Source: Carcharhinus amblyrhynchos (taxonomy: Eukaryota). Taken from it: a stretch of 64,000 bases of DNA. The position numbers and the translations under genes are program-made. The notes below the pieces were generated by a model. That model was not told the origin of the DNA and did no database searches. It was given only the letters and a program-made list of their open reading frames with translations. The stretch spans positions 66,030,001 through 66,094,000 of the forward strand of contig OZ336885.1 of the NCBI GenBank assembly GCA_965287045.1, given 5' to 3'. Positions 51,935-64,000 of the stretch are shown here, in pieces; position 1 is the stretch's first letter, and every line of letters begins with the position of its first letter.

Positions 51935-53117
51935 TCTTTACTAATGTAACTTTTGGAAACGATGACTGAATCTGAATCATTGGCTCACAGATATGTTCAA
52001 CTGTTCGATTATTGTCAGCTTCACTTGATTATTTGACTTTTTTGACGTGATTGCTTGACTTCAATGTCTGCCATCTTAAATATATAGGTAATGTAATTAC
52101 TGAAGAAGTATGGTGGTTTCCTTCGTTAAATGCGCGTTGTATTATTACTTGTAGTAGGGTAAATGTTACTTGGCCACACCGTTTTCAAAATTGTTGCCTC
52201 TGATCTGCCCATTGTATATTGGTGGAAAAGAATCGTACGCAATTCTTTGGAGAAAGACTTCTTACGAACATTTATAAGTAGGAATATTAGACCATTTGAT
52301 TTCGAGCATTGTATTGTACCAGTATTCAGTAGTGTCTGAAAGTTTCATTCAAATAACTTGAATTTCAGAGGCATTATCCGTTTCCCTTAACTCGGTGAGC
52401 GCCCAGAAGAATGTTAATTAGAACATCGAGTATTCTGAAAGCTGGATCCAGAAGGAAAATAGAAGTTGGATCATATAAATTGCTCAGAATTGTTTCAGTA
52501 AACAATTTGCAAAAAAATGATCGTATGTGGTTTAGCTACGATTTTCCCTCTATGATCTTGACAAATTCATGTAGGAACACAACTTCTCAGTATGTACACT
52601 GGCAAGCGCTTTGGAATGGTCTGTTTTGAGTATGTTATGGAACATTCATGGAAACTGCTGCACATCTGGGCCAAATTTGCAAACCCGACAATAGGGCGGT
52701 ATTCGTTCGATTACATGCTGCAAGAATTATTAGTTATGTTGTGCCGAGGTCCATGCTTGCATTTATACTGTGATGAGCATTCAACGCAATAATCAAATTG
52801 GGCACTCACAACAAGTCTTTAAAAAACAACAAGCTTGTTTTTTTTTTCCTGCACTCGAATAATCAAGCAGCAAATGTCAACGTGTTACTTAGATTCTAAT
52901 TTTGCTTCTTATGCCTCATGCTATATGCGTACTTCCTTCCCTTCTAGCGGTGTAATGAAGTCCCTCTGAATGGTATCATTGCAAGTTTCACGTTTGTCAA
53001 AGTGATGTTGGAATTCTCTATTCGTACAAACAACTTGCACAACCCAAAACTTCCTTAAAATATACTCCAGCACGAAGAATTTGACGCGTTCGCTGAATAT
53101 TTACATTTCTCTTTCAT

Positions 53118-53360
53118 TTCATTTGGTTTGATTTCCAATCGTCAGATTTATTTGAGTGCAGTTAAACAAAACACACAGTTGTGGCACTTGTGCGTAATTC
53201 AAACAAAACAAAGTTCCTCCTAATACATAGAGGAAAATGAAAGAATAGGGTGCAATATGTAGTTTTACATTTAAAGCTAGGGTATAGAGACAAACATTTA
53301 AGATATGTCCTTTCAAAAGTCTGATTGCTGCAGGGATGAATTTGACTTTGATTCGGTTTC
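53118..53360 (-). mobile_element. Rex1-like LINE 3' fragment
   Basis: catagaggaaaatgaaag...ctgattgctgcagggatgaa matches the reverse complement of the Rex1-like 3' ends. Confidence 0.5.
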
Positions 53361-55044
53361 TGCATGACCTCAGAGTTGCCATGATGTCACTGATTAGCAA
53401 GTACCTGTCTATGATCAATATATTTCGTCTGTCTCTTTACCTCGATAAATAATATGTTTGATAAAAAACCGTGACTCTCCAATCGATCGTTGTCATTTTC
53501 TAATAGACGCCCACGGCTAAATTAAAATCATATTTACATTAATTTTATCTTTTTTTATTATTATTCAGATGTGAACAACAATCACAATCTACGAGTAGTT
53601 CATTAGTTTATGCATTATTGAGTGGTGTTTCTTGACATAGATACATGGTGTAATTATTACTTTTCCTTCATTTCGCATTTTGAGTATTGTGTCAAACTAC
53701 ACACTATTGACCATTAAAAAAATAATACGGCTTTACTTTAGTGACACCATGTTGAATTTATCTGGTCATATTACATTGTTTCAGAAGTGTATTGCAATTA
53801 ATATTACACTTCCATTTTATTAAATCGGTTATTGTTTAACTTATTAACAATCGTTTAACATAAAATTCCACGCTGCATCTCACGAGTTTTATCTAACTGG
53901 CCCAAATGTTCAAAAGGTGTCCATCACAGAATGTTAAAAACACGCATTGGAAATGTTAATTGATCACTTTTGCCACAAAAAAAGATGAAAAACAAAAATA
54001 AACAATGAGATCTTAGAGTGTAAGTTTGATCAGATCTTATGCCGGCATGTATGGATTTGTTCTGAAACATGAATTTTCCACTTATGTCACTTAGAACTGC
54101 GATACAATTGCAAAGTGCAATGTCCACATGCCATACTAACACTAACACCAAATTACTGGTTGTTTGGCTAACATTTTCCGTGCATGTTGTATTTCCTTAC
54201 TCTGGGAAAAAAATATAAAATTGTGATCAATGTCTCTGTGATTTCAACATTATTTCCGAACTTGTTCAAAACTCCGCTACTACAGGCCCACGGCTTATTA
54301 AGGCCACGGTAGCAATTACGTATGTATTTAAACGTATGCTGAACGAGAAAAAAAAAACGTGTTACACTGATCCAGATTTTAACAATTCTTGACGGTAGTT
54401 TATGGGGTTCGAAAACAGGTCTTAGGCACGAACATACATTAATGTTTTAGTGCTTTAATTTTTTTTTAGTCCATTTATCCAAACAACCATAGACTGCCAC
54501 CCCCCCCCCCCCCCCTCACAAACTGCCCATGATGACATTTATCTTCTTCCTTTGAATAGGAGTATGCTGCTTTCAACAATGATATTAAATTCAAATTGAA
54601 TTATTCCCTATCATTCTTCCCGATTAGATCCCTGTCTCATTTATACAATTCGGTGTCAAAGCAGTACGTTTATCGATTACATAACACATTGTTCCAAGAA
54701 AAGTTCACACATGCCTTCTACAATCTAATTCTCAGGCTACTGTTGCCAAAGTGATTGTTTCTTCCGTCAGAGTCTTTACGTTTTCTCTCTCACTGTGTGT
54801 TTTCCATTGCATTATATTGCAGTTCATCAGAACAATATATAGAAACACCCCATCATGTATCTTGCACAAACGTTGGGTGCCTGGCTATTATTATTTTGAT
54901 CAGAGAGAAATAGATGTCAAATAAAAAAACTCATAAAATCATGTCATGTACATTATGTAATAATCCTATAACATACAAAGATTCAAGAATAATAGTTGAA
55001 TAATAAATCAAATGGATGTTGAGTTTTTTTTGCATGGAACAGAT

Positions 55045-55420
55045 TTAGAACATAGAACATAGAGCACAGAACAGTGCAGCACAATACAGGCTTTTCGGCC
55101 CTCAATGGTGTGCCGATATATGCCCGAACCCAAGATAAAACTATCTCACTCCCCATCAATGTGCTGTGCTTCATGTACCTATGCAATAACCTTTTGGAAG
55201 CTCCTAAAGTGAATGATTCCACTACCACAGCAGGAAGTGCATTCTACACGCCAAGCACTCTCTGAGTAAAGAGTTTACCTGGGACATCCCTCCTATATCT
55301 CCTATCATGAACCTTATCGTTATGCCCGCTAGTGACAGTTACACCTACCCGAGGAACTAGTCTCTGAACGTCGATTCTACCTATCCTCCTCAAAATCTCA
55401 TAAACTTCTATTGAATCGTA
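55045..55420 (-). mobile_element. CR1-clade LINE 3' end
   Basis: (catagaa)n tail. Minus-strand peptide RRDVPGKLFTQRVLGV. Confidence 0.8.
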
Positions 55421-57063
55421 AGATGTTGGCAAACTTATATCAGCCAAGGTCACCATGTCATAAGCAAAGATTGCATCCAATGGAAGTTCATAGAACATCA
55501 CTGGAAATTAAATGTTTGTGACCTGCAAAATCGGCGAAACATAAAAACAATATTCAAGTGGGTAATTAGGCAGAGGGTGACATTGTATATTGGAATTTCT
55601 GCTTGATATGTTTCCAGTCATAAGGCACGAACCTACACTTTGTGATACATTCAGCATGGGGACATAATTGTTTTCTGGGAAACATCGATTAACACAATCC
55701 TTTTCCTCTGATCGTGATCTAATTCTGGAAAATTTAATTTTGGAAAATGGAAGTTTTCTAATTTGGAAAATGTAAGTTTTGCTCTATGATCTCAGCAAGA
55801 ACGAATTGGAGTAGGCACGTCAAACTAGCCAAGCTTCCACATCGTGCAACGGAATATGCCTAATCACAAGCCAACCTTAGCAGTTCTTTCTTTCTCTCCA
55901 TAAACATTAACTGAATTATCAGTAAATGTTGTCTCTCTCCAAGATCCTGCAAACCTTTTGCAGCTAATTTAAAGAGAAAGAACATGCGAATAATGCCAAA
56001 CAAATTTTGAATGCAAACACTTGCCTACTGACGAAGTTTCAGTCTATTTTACCATCGGATTTAAAGGTCATTTCACATTCGGTTAAGTGTGGTAACCTGA
56101 TAAACTATTTACAAAGCACAATTCCACCGAAAGTTTCCCATGTTCGTCTTCTTACATGTTCTCCAATTTTACGTAATTCTAATAAATTTTGCTAAAGCCT
56201 GCGCTGCCATAGACTCAACAAACTCTGGAGAAAGAAATGTGTTGAGGGAAGATTAGAAATCTTCCCAGTCAGTAAACTCGTTTTGGTATTAAAAGTATGG
56301 TTGATGGGGCGAGACGACATCATCTTACAACTTTGTTCACTGTTCTGCCTGATATTAATTAGCCTGAACCCGAAAAAAAAAGATTTCCATTGGGCAGGAA
56401 TAAAATCAGTGACTGGTGCAGTAATGTCTCCTTTTAACTGAGATCACATGATTAATTGTACTTCCCGATGTATAGAAAGTAAGGCAGCATTTCACACAAT
56501 CAAACATGATGGAATTGTACAATACTGAAGGTGAGCGTTTTTTCATTCTGTCCTTTGTCATACTCTCAGGAGACCATTCAAATATTTTAACTTCCTGATT
56601 CTTTGCTTCTTTGTTCACCCTAGCACATTGTACATCTGATTTATCCCGAAATGTGTATTCAATTTCCTTTCGGTATTTAATTTTCAACTGTCTACAGAAC
56701 CACTGCAGATAGTCACCTGATAGTAAATCATTAGCATCGGATCAATTCCACATTCCATAACCATCCAGTCTTCTTTTATCGAGAATGAGGTTCACTAGGC
56801 TGACTGCACAGGCACTGGCATTGCAGGTTAGAGGCAAAACCAATATAATTTGTTTGTTTTTGCCAGCGTACAGGTCATGTAGTTTTGCGAGGTGAAAACT
56901 GAACAAAATTGATGTAGGTTGTCCAAGCGGGTGCTTTGATTTCCAACATCCCATTATTATGTTTTGCATTCGCATTTGTTCAGAAATTTGCAATTTTGTC
57001 AACATAAAAGATGCGAACATAGTCGTGAATGTCAACTGTTTGATGTGCTTATTTTTCTTGCAG

Positions 57064-57081
57064 ATAGCAAATTAATTGACG
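57064..57081 (+). CDS. Candidate 18-nt phase-1 micro-exon (DSKLID)
   Basis: tttttcttgcag|ATAGCAAATTAATTGACG|gtaaaa. Strong acceptor and open frame, but the length differs from the other members. Confidence 0.45.
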
Positions 57082-57469
57082 GTAAAATGGCCATTTTCTA
57101 TGTTTCTTCCAACGCTACAAGAGCGCATTGTTCCGATGGTTTGGCTCTTCTGACATTCAGGTCGCTCCATAGAAGATTTGAGAGCTGCCAAAAAAAGGAG
57201 TAGATTTGTATACCATAACCTTCCTTCTTAGTTTCAATTTAATCTATCATAAATGCCCTACTCTAAGTATATGCTTGCCACATTTAATGTAATGACTTTA
57301 CAATATTATCATCTGGTTGTTGTCTCCCACATGATAACAAATGGCGATAGTCTTTTGCTCTGGTTGAACAAGTGCTCAATAATGAGGATTTCGTCAAGAT
57401 GGTATCAAGTAGAATTTATAAATCAAAGTTGTCTTTCCTTGGAGCTCTGTTTGCTATTTTCTTTTGCAT

Positions 57470-58000
57470 TCTGATTTGATTTTGATAGAATTTGACTTGC
57501 TATTGTCACATGTATTAGTATGCGGTGAAAAATATTTTTCTTACATATATACAGACAAAGCGTACCGTTCGGAGAGAAGGAAAGGAGAGTGCAGAATGCA
57601 TTGTTAGAATATTAGCTAGGGTGATGAGAAAGGTCAACTTAATGCGAGGCAAATCCTCTCAAATGTCTGATGGCCGCAGGGAAGAAGCAGTTTTTTTGTG
57701 TGTGGCTTGGTATGTGACATTGGACTTTTCATTTTTTTTTTCCCTGACCAAAGAAGCTGGAAGCAGTATGTCCGGGGTGGGTGGGGTCATTAATTATTCC
57801 GGCTAATTTTCCGAGACGGCGGGAAGGGCAGATAGAGAAGATAAATTGGAAGCCATTTTGCGTGATAGACCGGGCTTCATTCGCGAGCCTTTGTAGTTTC
57901 TTGCGGTCTTGGGTGAAGCAGGAGCCATTCTAATTGGTGACATAACCAGAAGTAATGCACTCTATCATGCATCTGTAAAGGTTGGTGAGTGATATCATCA
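57470..58000 (-). mobile_element. Rex1/Babar-like LINE 3' fragment
   Basis: (tgatt)n tail followed by tattgtcacatg...ggagagaaggaaagg...gcagggaagaagcag...gcaggagcca. Confidence 0.75.
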
Positions 58001-58819
58001 ATTCAATCCATGCAGTTATGAAACAAAAGTAATTTGCAGCGGGTATAAATTGAGTGAGAATTATAATTAACAGGAAATATCCGCATGTTCTCTATTAAAA
58101 TCACACATTCTATCTTGGGTTCATACTGCAAAACTAGTTTAGTTAGTTTTGACTGCACAACTGTCAAAAAAGCGTACCAACGCAATGGCATAGTTTTTTT
58201 TTTAAAACTTGACCTAAGAATGTCGATGCAGCTACGTTTTCACTACGTTTGTGAGTATCTTCTGCACCACTTCAGTAAAATAAACTCATTGACTTATTAT
58301 TGTGTCAAAATACCTTTGCACTTGAATAAATATTTAGCAATCATTTAAATTGCAATTCCGTCTCTACCAATTGATCACAAATATTGCTATAAGATGAAAT
58401 GAATCCCCTAACTCATTTCGGTACAACTAGTAAATAGTCTTGTTGATATAATCTGGGGGAATTTGTGAAGTAGACCATTGCATCGAAAACAAACAACAGT
58501 TTGCGCAAAATTATGCAAATAGTTAATTACACAGGAAACAAAATAGCTTGAATGTTGAGCGCGCTTGCACCAATGAAAATAAAGACATAAAGGCAAAATA
58601 ATATGCAGAAGCAATGCCAGCACTAAAAACAAACGTGTAAATTTTCAAAAGCGAGTTCTGGCATTAAGATATAGGGAGCTACATTTTGAGCTAGCACAGA
58701 TAATTACACACATTGAATGTCCAGAATAGCAAACAGAAGATGAAAAAAAAAGTTGAATTTTTTTTTAAGATTTTTTTTCCTGTGAATGAATCGATTTAGT
58801 TCATAAAGGAATATAATAC

Positions 58820-59022
58820 ATGCTCCTAATTCCTCCGATGTCCAGTGATCTGTGGGTTAGGTTGAATCGCCATTATAAAGTGTTCTTAAGTGTCAGTGGT
58901 AAATATGTGGGATTACAGGGAGAAGATCTGCGTGTGTTTGTTGCCAATCAACGTACCATATGCCGAATTGCCACTTTCTGAACTGTAGGCATTCTATTCT
59001 ATTCTATTCTATTCTATTCTAT
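58820..59022 (+). mobile_element. HE1-like SINE 3' portion with (attct)n tail
   Basis: gtgggttaggttgaatcgcc...gccgaattgcc followed by (attct)x6. Confidence 0.6.
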
Positions 59023-60435
59023 TGTAATCCAATCTATTATTTTCTGTCCTAGACAGATGATAAGATAATCTCGATCACGCCGATTCAGGAATGGGACAAA
59101 TTGCAATACGCTTTATCTTTAATTGTGCCCAGTCAATAGTTGATTGCAGAAAAAGAATAAGATATTTCCACAGTTGCGATGAAAGTTGAAGCTGGCTGTT
59201 TCACTCTGCTGCTTTGCAGTAAAATCAAGAGTTAATTCCACACAACATTGACTCCAATAATTATTTCGCTGTTTCCTTTCAAACAGCAGGAACTACGACA
59301 TCATCCAAGGCAATGTCTCTAATCGTCAGAGCTCACTTAACAATCAACTAGAAATCTACATTTTGTAAGCAGATGGTCAAATAATTTCCAATTACGGCAG
59401 CCGATCTGGTGAACATACAGATGCTATATTGGGTGCATGATTAGGATAGACCTAAGATTTCAATCCTCTATTATTGCTGAAAAAACACGAATTTGCATTT
59501 CCATCCAGAATGTTGCATGCAGGTGATCTAACTTCAACTTTCATTCTAACATAATTTTGATCCTGGTTTCGGAAGATTTTCTATCAGGTTTTTGGTTGTA
59601 TGTGTGATTGTGCCAATTTATTTGAATGCGGCGGAGCTGGAATTTTGCAGCCAATTTTCCTCAGTGACATTCCATTGGCGTTTGGAAAAGCTGAAGTACC
59701 TTAACTGGTACAGTATTTCCGGACTGTGCATTTTACGTAAAACCAACGCTTGTGTGGCAGGACAAGTTCATTTTCCCGTCAATTGCACCCCAAACCAATT
59801 GACCCTGGGAGATTCAACGATGTAAAACATGCTGCTCTTCGATTGCAGTTCATTATGTTTGTTGAGACTACTGTGCAACAAACATTGCTTGTCATTGCTC
59901 AACTCATTCCTGGATGTTGCGCAGCTCTTGGATCATGTCAAATTAAGGTTTACATCTGCAGAACAGATCTTGATAAAACAATTGAATATATATCTGCCAC
60001 CTAACAGATTCAATCCCATCAGATATTACATACCATGACTTTGTGGGGAAAAGTGGAGCGTAAAATTAGCTGCTGTTCTGATCCCTTCAGCTTTAGTTTG
60101 ATTTAAAAAAAAATCCTTTCCAGAAACAGGGACGATCTTCCTGCCAGAATGTCCCGACGCAACCAGAAAGAGGATCAGACGACCTCATTTCATATTGGTT
60201 TCAACTCGTCCTGGTATAGTACAGGATTCATTTTTTGCTCAGGTGCCGTGTTGTGACCGAGACGCAAACAAAGTTTCTTGCTCGGCGTGCCAGTGTCAAT
60301 TCACATAAAAGTTCAGCTGGTCGCTGTAGTATTGGGACAAGTCTATTGGACGCGAGGAAGCGAGGAATGAACATAATTTGAAACAGCATTGTGATCCTTA
60401 TATGTAGCATAAAACACGCCCGACTTTCGTTTCAG

Positions 60436-60462
60436 AACTTAGAACAGATCTTGAATACGCAG
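60436..60462 (+). CDS. Candidate 27-nt phase-1 micro-exon (ELRTDLEYA)
   Basis: ttcgtttcag|AACTTAGAACAGATCTTGAATACGCAG|gtaaaa. Paralogous to the exon at 9844. Confidence 0.72.
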
Positions 60463-63400
60463 GTAAAAAAAAATGCATTAGAATATTGTTTGAATATGAA
60501 ATTTGCCGTGTTCCCTGTATTGCAGTCTAAGAATACAATTTGCCTTCAATGATACGGGCAGGGGATAAATGAAGATCGGTGTATATAGTTCAATATATTG
60601 TACACTTCCATTTGAGGTAGTAATGCTATTGGCATTTCGCATCAGAAAATTCAGAAATTAAGCATTTCGACAAAATTGGCTGAATGCCCAACATTGCAAC
60701 AATAAATCAAGTGTGTACATGTTCATGTCGTTAAGTTAGAAATAATAATAGCAGCCGCCAACATATGACGCAACACCTAATAAGGGAATATTAATTCTGA
60801 ATCAACAGATACCCATTAAATTAAACATGAAATTAATGTTGATGCTTAACTTCATTCAACATAGTCCACAATGACCATATATGTTGATTTTACGTGAGGA
60901 CAACTGCTGGTCTCACTCTGCACGATAAATCAGCCGTCCAGCTAACTGAGTGTGTACCATTCTTCAAGTGTTGTTGTTGTTATGAATGTTATCGTATAAA
61001 CACTAGAGGTTTATGACTAAAGGCATTATGTTTTCATGTTTTACATTTTCATATGCATTGTTTTCTTAATGCATATTGTTGAGCCACCGGATCTCCTGCA
61101 ATTTGCTTAAACATTATGGGTCTATTTCACTGATAGACTGTACATTCCCTCGCCAATGTTGCAATAGCACACCAGAAACCCCAAGATGTTTTATGAAGCT
61201 AGAGGGGATGACATTTTTTTTTTCAATTTTGGCATAAATGTGAGTGAAGGATGTTATTAGTCATGTGTAGTTCCACTGACAAATTAGATATATGTCACCA
61301 AACGGATTTTGCTCATAACACGGTTAAGTATAAAATTAACAAGATAAAACAGTTTTACTCTCAACAATGGAACTTTCCCTGAAGAAGAAAACAAACATCT
61401 CTTAATTTCCAATGTTCCACAATGCGGTTCCAATGAAGCAGCATGGGTCACATAAACTGAAACTCCATCTTTAATCTATTTCATTTTGTCAGATATCTGA
61501 TTTTATGCCTATTGGCCCCGCAAAGGCATTGCTAATATTATTCCTTGCAGTCGTCTAAGCTACTTATGCACATTCAAATGTACCCCACGAAAGAAAATGT
61601 TATAGGAAATTAACTTAGTATTGTTCAATGCTGTTGAGTTGACACAACTTTGTAACTCTACAAAGCATGTTTTTACAGCCTCTTTCTTTGATTTAGTTAT
61701 CTGGTGAGGTAATTTGTGCGATCAAGCGCTGGTTTAAGAAGAAAAAATATTAGATTTCTTGTGAAGATGATATTTTTGTTCTCAGCTCTGTTTACAATGC
61801 GGAATTACAATGTGAGACCAATAAATTAACCTTACATTTAATCTGAAACTGAAATGGGTTTGATTAAGAAGACCGCATCATGTCCTAATGGGAGGACCAA
61901 GGCTTACAGAGGGAATAGGTGTGACACTTCTGTTTTGTAAGCTGTCGCATTTGTTCACTCTCTCTTTCTGTCTGGAGATTGATTGCCAGGAAATAGGTAC
62001 TGATTTCCGGAGATGCTCTGGAACTTGGAGGACTATTAGCCTGCACGTAAGCTTGCTGCCTGCTATCAGAACTTAAAGATTTGTTCCTTCTGGGATGAAT
62101 GCTGCTTACGTTGTAACAAAACGTGGTATCTGGCAGTTAAAAATTATATATTAACTTATCAAAGGATTTCACTTGATTAAAGTTCTAATGATTTCTGGTA
62201 TATTTAAACATTAAAGGACCAATCAGAAATTACAGGGGTCATGGTTCACTTTATGAGATATATTGGATTTTCTGATCTTGACGGTAATATTTGCTCCGCC
62301 AAATAAATAACAAGTCTACTTTCGTGTTTCATCAGCGTTTGTGACAAACTCACAATCCAAAGTGCGGATCCTCCCATATGGCTAATTGACAATGTTTCTG
62401 GTAGCATGGCACTGCACGTTCTAAAAGCCGCCATTCGAGTTTTGTTATTTACTATTATTTTATTTTTACTCTGGGTTTCAAAATGTATTGCATTATTTTT
62501 CAAAACATATTGTACTCGTTCCACTTCATGATGAGTAGAATTATCCATCGGTGAACTCGGTCTGAGAAGGCAATTATTCAAGCCTTTCCTCATTTGCAGT
62601 TCTGTATTTAAAATGTAGCCACAATTGCAACTGTGATACACGTCGAAAATATTTCCATAACCGTTCCTAAGCACGAAAAAAAAGTAGTTTCACAAATATT
62701 TGAGCAGCAAATGTTGAGTCCAAGAAAGAGACAAAAAAGGTGGTCAAAATTAAAAATAAACATTGAATTAAAAAAAAAATCTGATAACGCTACTATAGTC
62801 GAATTAAAAGTGATCCATCAAAAACTTCATTTTTGTTATGTTTTCAATTAGGTAATAAATCGAAACATCCCCAATGTACCAAAAGGCGCGGATGAGGAAG
62901 GAAAGAAAACCATACGATAGCTTTTTTCATTTATTAATGTACATGTGAAATGTCATTGTAAGTATATTGGAAATGAAACTAGTGAAAAGGGCAATTACAA
63001 ATCGTTATGTCAATTGCAAATATAACGTCAGGTTTGATAGATTTTGAACTTTTGTTGAAATTGTGACTTTCCTGACGAACAAATTGATAAAAAAAAAAGC
63101 AATAAAACATCATGTCCTGCCTCAAGCCTGCTTCTCATTGCAATTAGATCACGGCTGATTTAAGAAGCTATACCAAGTTTGCCCCACATAGCTACCTAGA
63201 CTTTTCCTGCTAATATCGTGCTGACTTCAATAAGATCACACATTATCCTCTTAACGTCGAGGGGAAAGAAAGCCTGCTTCGTTGAATATGTCCTTTTAAG
63301 CATAAAGACCAGATAGGATTATTGTAAACAGCCTTTTGGAAGTACATATAAAAACATCCACAGCCATGTTTCTCCCCTCTGCGTTCTCCTCTCTCCACTG

Positions 63401-63859
63401 CCTTTATCACACCATCAGGAAATTCAATCATATTTCGTAGGCATTACCGACCGATCAGGAATCAATGGTACCTATCTCGGATGAATTTCATTTTTACAAG
63501 GTTTCTGGACCCGACTCTTGAGTATCGAATTCAATAATTTTCCACAGCAGAACGGGTATTTGCTATAAGCCTAGGAGTCAGCTATAAAGCAATAGTGTTT
63601 TACTGCACAAAATAAAGTAATGCAAAACCACAGTCCTATGAAGGGTAGAGGCATTTCCCAACAATTAAACAAAAAAGAACTCATTCAGGGGATTATTTTA
63701 TCTAGATTTGGGTATATGAGCTTTACCACTGCTTTCATTACCAATCTCCAAAGAGCTCCTGCTGAACGATTCCTCCAGGGAGGCCAATCAGTTATTCCAC
63801 TTGCGTTCCTGTGGTACTCACACCCATTATCCCCCACGTCAGACTGCCATGGCGTGTTT

Positions 63860-64000
63860 CCTGCCCCGCCATTCAATAAGATCATGGCTGATCTGAAGTG
63901 GGTCAGTTCTACTTTCCTGCTTTCTCCCCATAACCCTTAATTCTCCTGTCTTTCAGAAACCTATCCATCCGTGATTTAAATATATTCAGGGAGGTAGTGT
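63860..64000 (-). mobile_element. CR1-clade LINE 3' region running off the window edge
   Basis: cctgccccgccattcaataagatcatggctgatctg is identical to 43951-43986 and moderately diverged beyond that. Confidence 0.85.

Noticed and set aside
1-64000. The many 60-130 aa ORFs in the supplied track as standalone genes
   Set aside because: They show no recognisable domains except retroelement fragments, and their composition is typical of chance ORFs in AT-rich intronic DNA.

Overview
This is AT-rich eukaryotic (vertebrate) DNA, most likely from a cartilaginous fish (inferred from HE1-type tRNA SINEs with CR1/HER1-type LINE tails). Most of the window is intron-like sequence full of retroelements: a young 5'-truncated CR1-clade LINE with three shorter relatives, many decayed CR1/L2-like and Rex1/Babar LINEs, HE1-like SINEs, and a young Penelope-like element with a 171-bp inverted repeat and two minimal hammerhead ribozymes. 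Nearly all short ORFs in the supplied track look spurious. The main hidden structure is on the + strand: at least 13 candidate symmetric phase-1 micro-exons (seven of 27 nt, five of 36 nt, one of 18 nt) spread over about 58 kb. They splice into an open, E/K/L-rich, helix-like peptide. Four of them sit in a tandem array of ~1.0-1.3 kb exon+intron cassettes, and several apparently dead micro-exons lie between them. The host gene is not identified. Its architecture recalls the small phase-1 heptad exons of butyrophilin/MOG/chicken BG cytoplasmic tails, which is a hypothesis only. All exon calls come from splice signals and reading frame, with no transcript evidence.
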